Shown here: positions 46,070-55,401 of the stretch, piece by piece
How positions within the stretch are numbered: the first letter of the stretch is position 1
How the letters are laid out: the number at the start of each line of letters is the position of its first letter
Assembly: GCA_963845755.1 (NCBI GenBank)
Contig: CAWJTV010000027.1
Location: 263,571-327,570, forward strand
DNA from: an uncultured Planctomycetota bacterium
Lineage (GTDB): Bacteria; Planctomycetota; Planctomycetia; Isosphaerales; Isosphaeraceae
DNA: 64,000 bases
Direction of reading: 5' to 3'
Position numbers and translations under genes: made by a program
The notes under the pieces: model-generated
The model's input: only the letters and a program-made list of their open reading frames with translations
Told to the model about the DNA's origin: nothing
Database searches by the model: none

Positions 46070-47455
46070 TCAAACCTCGTAGCTCGCGAGCAACTGGGGC
46101 GTGTGGACGGTGTTCTGGACGAACGGCTGCAAGACGGGGACCAGGGCATCGATGGCCTCGGGCTCGCCGTGGACCAGGAAGGCGTTCTCGATGTTGCCGC
46201 CGGTCTGTTCGAACCACCAGGCCAGGTCGTTGCGGTCGGCGTGGCCGGAGAAGCCGTCCAGGACATACACGGCGGCATTCAGGTCGTACCACTGGTCGAA
46301 GATCTGGACCCGTTCGACGCCGTCGGAGAGCTTGCGTCCCAGGGTCCCTTCGGCCTGGTAGCTGACGATCACGATCGCGTTATCGGGCTCGGAGACGATA
46401 TGCCGCAGGTGGTGGCGGATCCGGCCCGCCTCGCACATGCCCGACGAGGCGATGATGACCATCGGGCCATTCAGGTAGTTCAGCCGCCGCGACTCGTCCC
46501 AGCTCCCGCAGAACTCGACGTACTTCGAGCCGAAATACAGCGGGTCCTTGTCCATCAGGCAGCGCGCCTGCCGCGTGTAGGCATCGGGATGGTCGCGGTG
46601 GATCTCGGTCAGCCGCGTCGCCAGCGGACTGTCGACATACACCGGGATCGGCCGGACCTTGTGCACGGCGAAGAGTTCCTGGAGGCAGTAAATCATGCGC
46701 TGGGTCCGACCCAGGCTGAAGGCCGGGATCACGACCTTGCTCTGGAGCCGGATGGCCCGGACGATGATCGCATGCATCTGCTTGACCAGCCGGTCGTACG
46801 GGTCGAGCTCGCGATTGCCGTAGGTGCTCTCGGAGATCAGGATGTCGATGTTCTGGATCGCGGTGGGATCGGGGAGCAGGTGCGTGTCGCGCCGGCCCAG
46901 GTCGCCGGTGAAGACGAAGCGGCGCTGCCGGCCGTCCTCGCGGAAATCGAGCTGGACCATCGCCGCGCCCAGGATGTGACCGGCGTTGAAATAGGTCAAG
47001 GTCACGCCCGGTACGACCTCGACGGGCGTCTCGTACGGCAGCCGCTTGAGCCGCTCGACCAGCCACTCCACGTCGGCCAGCTCGAACAGGGGCTCGACCG
47101 TCTCGAGGTGCGGATAGCGGATATGGGCGTTGCGCACCTCCTCGCGCCGGATCCGCGCGCTGTCGCGGAGCATCACGTTGGTGATGTCCCCGGTGGCCGG
47201 CGTGGTGTAGATCGGGCCATTATACCCGGCACGGATCAGGCAAGGCAGGCGGCCGATGTGGTCGTTGTGCGCATGCGAGACGATGACGGCATCCAGCTCC
47301 CTCGGGTCGAACGCGAGCTGGCGGTTGGGGCTGTCGGGCTCGATCCGCTCCGAATCGAACAACCCGCAATCGAGCAAAATCCGTCGCGAACCGATCTCCA
47401 GCAAGTGGGCACTGCCCGTGACTTGACGGGTCGCGCCGTGAAACGTGATTCGCAA
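46070..47455 (-). CDS. MBL-fold beta-CASP ribonuclease
   Basis: ITFHGA..VTGS, LLDCG, SHAHNDHIG, AGHILG, FTGDLG, ESTYG, SSGM, FSGHAD, LVHGE. Confidence 0.92.
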   Translation of the reverse strand: MRITFHGATRQVTGSAHLLEIGSRRILLDCGLFDSERIEPDSPNRQLAFDPRELDAVIVSHAHNDHIGRLPCLIRAGYNGPIYTTPATGDITNVMLRDSARIRREEVRNAHIRYPHLETVEPLFELADVEWLVERLKRLPYETPVEVVPGVTLTYFNAGHILGAAMVQLDFREDGRQRRFVFTGDLGRRDTHLLPDPTAIQNIDILISESTYGNRELDPYDRLVKQMHAIIVRAIRLQSKVVIPAFSLGRTQRMIYCLQELFAVHKVRPIPVYVDSPLATRLTEIHRDHPDAYTRQARCLMDKDPLYFGSKYVEFCGSWDESRRLNYLNGPMVIIASSGMCEAGRIRHHLRHIVSEPDNAIVIVSYQAEGTLGRKLSDGVERVQIFDQWYDLNAAVYVLDGFSGHADRNDLAWWFEQTGGNIENAFLVHGEPEAIDALVPVLQPFVQNTVHTPQLLASYEV

Positions 47456-47885
47456 CCAAGCTCCCTCCCGACGATAGTGGCCCGTTGATCCCACGGCGGC
47501 GTGCCGGGAATCGGGCCGCGCGATCGCCGTTTCTCGACTCCCTCGTCCCCTGTCACGCCACCTTCGTCGCCAGGTGTCGGACCCAGCCAGGGACGGTGAT
47601 CCGATCCCTCTTGTGCGATGATGGTTCCATCATGACAGGAACCCGCTTCGCCGACAAGGCGACCATGGATTCGATCAGGCCATTCTTGCGTCGCCGGGGG
47701 TGAGTGACGCTTCCGGAAAAACCAACGATCTAAGCCGCCAGGAACCACGGTAACAGCAATCCGCTCAAGGACATGAGGAGACCCGCTCCCCCTGGGCCGG
47801 CCTGGTCCCAGGACATGGGATTTCGGACGCCTCGGACCCTGACACCTCGGGTCGGCTCGATGCCAGCCCGACGCACCGGCGAGGT

Positions 47886-48197
47886 TTGCCGCATGTCCCT
47901 GCGATCGAATGGGTATACGATGAGCCGGAGCCGGATGTCTCAATCGTCCGGGGCATCCGTGCGGACTGCCGGCACCGAATCCCCGAGGCGGCGGTCGTGA
48001 CGCTCCCGATCGAGGTTTCGGAATCGGCGCTGGGCCAGGATCGCAGCAAGAAGCTCAGGGCCTATGCCAGGGATGACATCCCGGTCTACGGGATCGTGAA
48101 CCGGGTTGACCGCCAGGTCGAGGTGTACTCCGGCCAGGTTGCCGGCAGTTCCCCGAGAGCCGGGTTCTCCTCCGAGGGAGTAACGGTGGGTCCATAG
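47886..48197 (+). pseudogene. Uma2/DUF820-family endonuclease remnant
   Basis: EPEPDVSIVRG..IEVSES..DRSKKLRAYA..IPVYGIVN..VEVYS; N- and C-termini missing. Confidence 0.7.
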
Positions 48198-48234
48198 GAT
48201 CCTCGTTCCCACGCGGGTGCGTGGAAACGAGATC
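48198..48234. repeat. REP-like palindrome
   Basis: GATCCTCGTTCCCACGC-GGGT-GCGTGGAAACGAGATC immediately after the Uma2 remnant stop. Confidence 0.65.
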
Positions 48235-48930
48235 ACCCCGTGTCCTAGCTATAGTGTTTATTTGTATCCTATTCGTCTTCCAGGGATTTACGACGAAGAG
48301 TGGCCAAACACAACCGGAAATGTCTTACACAGGGAGGTTGCTGCGATTTAGCTCTGTCGGTTCGATGACCCCACGCCACGATCTGCCGGAATGTTGGGAA
48401 AAAACAACAAGGCTAAAGAAATTCCGTTGGAATAACCATGTCGGGTCCTTGTTGTCAGCCCACCCTGGCATTATCCTCATGGGTCGTGTGGTGTCTCAGG
48501 TGGATCGATTCGGCGTCGAGTCCAGCCCGTAGGGATCGCTGGACGAGGTCGGCTCCGAGATGACTCGATACCCCCGCGAGGGGTTTGTTTAGGGTTGGGG
48601 TTTCATCCCCGAATCTTATGCTCGCCCGAGCGAGCGAACGATGACACCACCGGCAGTTCGTGTCTCGATCGTTCAACGCACCGTGGGGCCCGTTGCGCTC
48701 ATCAACACGGACCGTTATGGCCCGCGCAGACGACCGACCGGTGCATCAGCAGGACAACCTGTCGACTGGCCCTCGTGTTTGATCGACCTTCGATTGACGG
48801 GTTGGAGTATCGCCTTCGGGCGGAACAGACCGGCTAAAGCCGGCAATCCAACCCTTCGTGCCAAGAGCGACGCGAGACGAGACGGGAATCGACAATTCCG
48901 ACTCGAACGATTTGAAAAGGGGGAATCGCT

Positions 48931-49956
48931 GTGACGACTCGGCGGAAGAATGGCTGGCGAATCGTGATGGGAATGGCGATCGTCGGGGTTGCGACCACCT
49001 CGCCATCGACGTGGGCAGGGAGCTTCACACCGGGTGATATTCTGGTCTCATCGACCACAGACCTCCAGACGAGCATCTTGCGCGAGTACACGCCGACCGG
49101 CACCCTCGTCCAGAGTTTCTCGGTGCCCATCGCTCCCGGTGGGGACTCTTACATCCGAGGCATTGCCACCGATACCTCGGGTAATGCTCAGATCTACAAC
49201 GGGACGTTTAATCCGTACTTGACGACGCTCAACCCCACAACCGGCACGTTCTCGAATTACACCACCAGCGGCTGGAGCACGATCAACGACATCTATTTTG
49301 GCGGTGTTGTCGTCAACGGCAATTACGCCTACGCGACGGATATGGCCACCAACAATTCCGGCGGCAGTCCGAATGGAATCGTTCGGTTCAACCTGACTGA
49401 CTTCTCGGCGACGCGGTTTGCCTCGGGGCCGGCGAACGGATCGGGCGATTATACGATGGTCGGCCTGGGACTCAACGGCTCGCTCTACGCCCCGTGGCCG
49501 GGCGGCAGCCCCGTGGGAGACCACATCGACGTGATCAACCCCGTGTCGATGACCAAGACGACGATCACCCTGCCATTTCTGTTCCAGGTCTCGGGTGTTA
49601 CGGCCGACCAATTCGGCAACATCTACGCCGTCGGCGCTTTGGGCGATGGGCATATCTATAAGCTGGACAGCAACGGCAACGTCCTCGCCAGCATTAACAC
49701 GGGTTTCACCGACCTCACCGGCCTGCAGCTATCGAACTCGGGGCAGTTGCTGACCGCATCTTCCAATGGTGAGGTCATCCTCACCAACACCACCTTCTCT
49801 CAATTGAGTTCATTCAGCGTGGGCTCACAAATTACCACATTCGACGCATTCGTGACCCCGCCGACCGTCTCGTCCGTGCCGGAACCGGCGAGCCTGACGC
49901 TCATGCTCATCGGCCTGGGAGCCGGTGCATTCCGCATCAGTCGCCGCCGGTACTGA
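48931..49956 (+). CDS. PEP-CTERM sorting-domain protein (beta-propeller-like)
   Basis: Signal peptide; C-terminal VPEPASLTLMLIGLGAGAFRISRRRY. Confidence 0.92.
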   Translation: MTTRRKNGWRIVMGMAIVGVATTSPSTWAGSFTPGDILVSSTTDLQTSILREYTPTGTLVQSFSVPIAPGGDSYIRGIATDTSGNAQIYNGTFNPYLTTLNPTTGTFSNYTTSGWSTINDIYFGGVVVNGNYAYATDMATNNSGGSPNGIVRFNLTDFSATRFASGPANGSGDYTMVGLGLNGSLYAPWPGGSPVGDHIDVINPVSMTKTTITLPFLFQVSGVTADQFGNIYAVGALGDGHIYKLDSNGNVLASINTGFTDLTGLQLSNSGQLLTASSNGEVILTNTTFSQLSSFSVGSQITTFDAFVTPPTVSSVPEPASLTLMLIGLGAGAFRISRRRY

Positions 49957-51499
49957 GAGTCTGTTCCAGGAGCGCGGTGCTCTTCCGCCTGGCGACGGAA
50001 TCGAACGGCTGGACGTCCGAGCGGCTCTGTTTCACGGCAGGGCCGCGTACGGGGCGGCCAGGGCCTCGAGGTCGCGGAGGAGTACGTCCTGGGGCGGCGT
50101 CAAGGAGTGTTTCCGCCCCTGGCGGGCGGCAGCCAGGACTGCGGCGGCATCGCCGCGCTCGGTGTGCAGCACGGCTAGCCCGAACCACGCTTCGCCCAGG
50201 GCGGGGTCGAGCTCCAGGGCGGCGCGGTAGGTCCGCTCGGCGGCGGCGAAGTCCAGGGCGGCCAGGTCGGCGGTGGCCAGGCGCGCCAGGCGGAGCGCCG
50301 GCGCGGGCGGATCCTCGGCGCTGGCCCAGACCCGGCGCGCCTTGGCCGGGTGGCCCAGGCGCAAGAGCGTCGCCGCCACGCGGTCGCACTCCGGCCAGTC
50401 ACGGCGGATCGGGCGCCCGTCGGCCTCTGCAGACTCGCGCTGTATCGGGATCGTCAGGGCAGGCTCGCCGTCGCTCGTCCCCTGGGCTCGCAAAGCCTGA
50501 TCGAGCAACTGGGCGGTCTCGGTCTCCTCGGGGTTCAGCTCCAAGGCGCGGCGGAAGCAGAAGGCGGCCTGCGCCGGCAGGAGCCCGCGGCGGGGTCCCA
50601 GGGCTCGACGAGGTGGGGCCGCAAGGCCGTCGGGTCGGCGACCATGGTCCAGCAGGCGACCCCCAGCGAGATCCAGGGGCCCGCCGCCGTCGGCTCAAGG
50701 ACGATCGCCCGCCGGAGGGAATCGCCGGCCAGCAGCACGAGGGAGGACGGGAGCTGCCGGGACCTCCCGGGCCGACTTCGCACCGCCCACCCGAGGTCGA
50801 GCAGCCGCCTTGGCCCGGGCGAACTCCGACGGCGCGGGGAGCACGGCCGGCCACGCCGGATCGTGAAGCGACGATTGGAAGTGCCGCGCCGCGAAGTCCA
50901 CACTCGGAAACGTGGCCTCGAGGTCGTGCCGGCGCCGCGAAACGAAGACCGAGGCGATCGCGTCGTAGTAAATGCAGCGCCAGTCGGGATCGGCCAGGAG
51001 CGTCGCCTCGGCGCCGATGTAAATCTCGTGTTCGAGGAGGATGAGGGGGTCACCCATCCGGGCCAGGGCTGGTTTCCATCCGGGTTTGCCCGAATTGAGC
51101 ATCCGATCGAGACGGACGTAGGTTTCCGAAGGTCTCGCGGAGGGGCACTTCGAGGCGACCGTCCAGGAAAACCTTCCGCTGGGGGCCATTGTGGAAGAGG
51201 TAGACACCGGCCTGGCGCGTGTCGTAAACCAGGGCTCGATCGGGGAGGCCCGGTCGTCCGGCGAAGTGCGCGGCGTCGTGTGCATAGGTCAACGGCTCGT
51301 CGGAGAAGCCGAACTGCCGCGAATCGCCCGTGCCGCGGGAGAACCGTCCGGATGCGATCGCGAGGACAATCAGCCCAGCCAGGCCGGCAAGGGCAGCCCG
51401 CATCGCCAGGCCCGTTGCGGACCGGATCCAGGGCGGCGCGCCCCGGAGCGGGGATCACGGCAGCGAGCTCAGTAACCCAGGGGCCGAGGTTGGCGGTTA

Positions 51500-52819
51500 G
51501 GAACCGCGAAAAAATAAGTTGAGCAATTTCGGGTTGCGGAATTATGCGGCTTCGACGATCCTTGCCGCATGCAAGACACAACCACCATTGAGTGTATCCG
51601 GCAGAAGTACCTGGCGCTGTCTCCTGTGATGGACGAGCAGATACGCAGACTGTGGGTAGCTACTGAGGCTTCCGCCTTGGGTTGGGGCGGCGTCACGGCC
51701 GTCTCCCTGGCTACGGGTGTGGCTCGTAATACGATCGCGGCGGGGCTTCGTGAACTGGAAGATCGTCGTGCTCATCCGGAGCCGAGCCCGCGTTGCGGAT
51801 TCGTCGCCCTGGTGCCGGTCGCAAGCTCCTGACCGAGACCGACCCGGGATTGCAACAAGCTTTGGAGGTCTTGGTCGATCCGGCGACCCGAGGGCATCCG
51901 GAGTCGCCGCCTGCGCTGGACCTGTAAGAGCACCAGTAAGTTGGCCGAGGAACTTCGGAATCAGGGGCACGCCGTGTCGGACCGCGCGGTCGCTCACCTC
52001 CTGAAGAAGGCCGGCTATAGCCTGCAAGCCAATCGCAAGACGAGAGAAGGCTCCTCGCAGCCGGACCGCAACGCCCAGTTCGAGTACATCAACCGACAAG
52101 TGATCGCATACCAGAGGCGCAGTCAACCGGTCGTGTCCGTCGACACCAAGAAGAAGGAATTGGTCGGCGAATTCAAGAACCCGGGTGAGGAATGGCAACC
52201 CAAAGGCGAGCCGGAGGAGGTCAAAGTCCATGACTTCCCGGACAAGAAGTTGGGTAAGGCGATCCCTTATGGGGTATACGACCTCGCTCATAACGAAGGC
52301 TGGGTCAGCGTGGGGATCGATCACGATACGGCGCGGTTCGCGGTGGCCAGCATCGGGCGCTGGTGGCGGGAGATGGGTTGCCGGCGCTATCCGCGAGCTA
52401 CGCAATTGATGATCACCGCGGACGGGGGCGGAAGCAATGGCAGCCGCAACCGACTGTGGAAGCTGGCATTGCAAGACCTGGCCAGTGACTTGGGTATGTC
52501 GCTGCGCGTGTGTCACTTCCCACCGGGGACCAGTAAATGGAACAAAATCGAACATCGGCTCTTCTGCTTCATTACCAAGAACTGGCGGGGCCGGCCGCTG
52601 ACGAGCTACCAGGTGATCGTGAACCTCATCGCGAATACGACGACGAAGACGGGCCTGACGGTGCGTGCCCTCCTGGATACCGACGTATATGAGACCGGAA
52701 TCGAGGTCAGTGACGAGCAACTTGCTAGCCTCAAGTTAACGCCGGCCAAGTTTCACGGAGAGTGGAACTACACAATCCGCCCCCAGAAATAATTGCTCAG
52801 GTTATTTTTTCGCTGTTCC
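51500..52819 (+). mobile_element. ISAzo13-family insertion sequence
   Basis: TIR GGAAC(C/A)GCGAAAAAATAA(GT/CC)TGAGCAATT at both ends; 3-bp TSD TTA (51497-51499 and 52820-52822). Confidence 0.92.
51569..52792 (+). CDS. ISAzo13 (Rhodopirellula-type DDE) transposase, frameshifts near 51790 and 51910
   Basis: YSLQANRKT.EG..PDRNAQF, ISVDTKKKEL-like VSVDTKKKEL, HDT..FAV, ADGGGSN, PPGTSKWNKIEHRLF, FHGEWNYTI. Confidence 0.92.
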
Positions 52820-54625
52820 TTAGCACGAAGCCGGCCACCACGGCGAAGAGGCTGACGTTGCGCAGCGCCTTGGAGAGCGAGATAGCTGAACGCCGCCGCC
52901 AGGCCCATCCAGAACAGACGACCGCCGGCGCGAAGGGTCAAGGCGGCGACCGCCAGGCCCAGGAGCATGGTCAACCCGCTCAGGGCCATCGAACCGGGCC
53001 CGGGCACCCCGAGCCAGGCCGCCGGCCCGGGCTCGGGGCCCAGCAAGTACGCTCGCAGCCAGACCACCCACGCCGCCGCGGCCAAGCCCCCCAGGGCCGG
53101 CAGCCACGCCGCCCTTGCGGACGACTTCCCTTGATGGACGGCGCCGGCGATTCCCAGCGCCACCAGCCCGATTGGGGCGAGCCGCCCGAGTCGGACGAGC
53201 CACCCCGGTGTCCCCAGGCCGGGAAATCCCAGCACGCACGCCCCGAGCAGGCCCACGGCCAGTCCGAACCCGCCGAGTGAGGCGATCGCTTCCGCCGGGC
53301 GCGCGGCCTCGGATCGCGGACGTGTGGACCGTCCGGACCGCCAGACGGCCGGTCCCAGGAAGCTCAACGGCACCGCCCAGAGCAGCCAGCACTCGCCTCG
53401 GAAATAGAGGTTGCCCGCGGTGGTCGGAACGTCTCTCTGCACGTACCCCCGCAGATCCGCGATTTCCGCGATGTACGATTTGTAGGATCCCCCCCAGGCC
53501 GTGATCTTGGGGAAGAGCTCCAGAGGGAGCAGGGCCCCGCGCAGGCCATAAGGGTTCACCAGGCAGGCGAGGCCCACCAGCACCGCGGCGCCCGCGTGTT
53601 GGCCCCACCCGCGTCTCCGCCGGAGCGGCCCCTGCAGACCGGTGGTCGCGTCCCGATCCCGCCACCCGGCCAGGCGATCGATCAGGTAGGTGCCCAGGAT
53701 GATCGGCCCCAGCACGAAGAGCCCATGCACATTGACCCACAGCACCTGGATGACAGGCAGGATCCAGGCCAGTTCGGGCCGGCGGTCGGTCCGCGACAGC
53801 ACCGCCAGATAGGCCGCCATTGCCAGGAGCGTCAGGATCTCGGGACGGGGATCGGCCCGATTGCTCATGACCACCAGCGCCGGCAGCCAGCAGGCCGCGA
53901 CGATCCAGCTCGGCCATCGACGATCTCGGGCCGTCCAGGCAATCAGGAACACACCCGCGTATGCCACGGCGGTCATCAGGATCATGCCAGGTACCCCGCC
54001 AATCGCGAAGACCGCCGCCAGGATCACCTGGAACAGCCAGTGCAAGTCGATCCAGGGGCGATCCGCCGAGGCGAACGTGAACGGGTCGAGCGCAGGGGCC
54101 CGGTGGTTGGCCCAGATCCATTGCCCGGCACGCAAATGCCACCAGACGTCCGCGTCGTAAAGCTTCTGGCAGCCCAGCGCGAAAGCGGCTGCGACCATGA
54201 GCGACAGCAAGGCGACGTCAGCCAACCGTCGGGCGCGGTCCACGGGCGCGGGGTTCGGTAGAGGTTCCATGGGCGATTCGGGGCCAGAAAAGCCGCCAGG
54301 ATGGGTTTGGGATAGGAACCCGAGTTTCGACTTGAGCCGATTCTAACCCCTTGATGCCCGCGGTGCGCAGCCCGATCGAGCGGACGCGCCGTACGACCGC
54401 AATCTGCCCCGTACTGGCTTCCCTCCGTGGCCCAGCGGATTACCTCAGAATGTCCCCTGGTATGCCCCCGAGTTGCGTCCCCGTCTCGGGGCCCGCGATG
54501 CCGCTGACAAAAAAGGGACAAAGGACAAAAAAGCGGGGACGTAGCGCTTTTGGGAGCGGCCCTCTCCGCTCGCAGCCGGACCACGAGCCGATGCTCTCGA
54601 ACTTCCTGGTATTTGAACACGACTA

Positions 54626-54747
54626 AGAGTCTGTCCCAGAAGGGGCCGGTCCGGGCGAGCGGGGGGCGTCAGCCCCCTGTCTTGGAGGTTCGTCGCTCAC
54701 CGGACAGGGGGCTGACGCCCCCGCTCGCCCTTCTGGGACCGACTCTA
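54626..54747. repeat. Nested palindromic element (REP doublet inside outer inverted repeats; MITE/REPIN-like)
   Basis: Outer AGAGTCTGTCCCAGAAGGG / CCCTTCTGGGACCGACTCT; inner GGGCGAGCGGGGGGCGTCAGCCCCCTGTC / GACAGGGGGCTGACGCCCCCGCTCGCCC. Confidence 0.8.
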
Positions 54748-55249
54748 ATAGCCGGAATGGCCGATGGTCGTGGCGTTGCAGCCGATCCCGGATAGGAATT
54801 GGCGGAACTTTGTGTGGATGTGGTCGTCGCAACGAGAGACGAGGAACTCGACGTCCTGGATGACTTTCAACACGGTCCCGCTCGTATCCATTACATGCGG
54901 CGATATCTTGGGGCGATTATAGTTGTGGATGCAGTCGTGCCGGCGCTGGAAGATATCCCGGAAACGATCTTGCAATCTGGTTCGCCAGCTTCCTCGCTTC
55001 GTTCTACTCCGCGGGGGTCATCGCCAGGTACGCCGTTCGGGTGACCCCCAACAGGCGCTCCTTCGCGTCGGGTCGGCTGAGCCAGTTGTCCAGGAGGCCG
55101 CTGAAGAACCGCTGATTCTCCCTGAAGAACTTGTTAAAGAGAGTCTGGATGGTCGAGAGACTCAGGACGTTCTCCCTCTCCATCATCTTGCGAGCGGCCA
55201 TCCGCCATCGCCAGTTCGGATTCTCATCCCTATGTCCATTCATCCTCAA
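54745..55249 (-). pseudogene. HEPN-domain protein remnant (N-terminally truncated, internal stop and frameshift)
   Basis: LQDRFRDIFQRRHDCIH Rx4-6H motif in a helical context; upstream NWRWRMAARKMMERENVLSL; TAG at 55004-55006. Confidence 0.55.
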
Positions 55250-55339
55250 ATGTCTCCTGGCTCCTTCCTCTCAGCGAGGCCGATGAAGGTAAGTGCTCAA
55301 CGTCCCGTCCCAAAACCATTCACGGCAGGCTTTTTAGAG

Positions 55340-55401
55340 GCCCTAACAAAGATGGGGACTGGCAGCTCGAAGACTCGGAGCCAGTCCCCATTTTGTTAGG
55401 G
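55340..55401. repeat. Palindromic element with GGGGACT core
   Basis: CCCTAACAAAGATGGGGACTGGC...GCCAGTCCCCATTTTGTTAGGG; followed by a further TTGTTAGGG. Confidence 0.75.

Larger units (their letters stand above)
50032..54270 (-). pseudogene. Polytopic membrane protein (DxWWHL family, GT-C-like by inference) with C-terminal TPRs, interrupted by ISAzo13
   Basis: DADVWWHLRAGQWI..DPFTF, PRPE, LWVNVHG, LVNPYG; C-terminal half FLDGRLEV and TPR; removing the IS and one TTA rejoins ..GFVL/TANLGPW. Confidence 0.8.

Noticed and set aside
55004..55006. Stop-codon readthrough or recoding in the HEPN remnant
   Set aside because: Accompanied by a frameshift and N-terminal truncation, so decay or error is simpler; TAG is used as a normal stop elsewhere (ispF)
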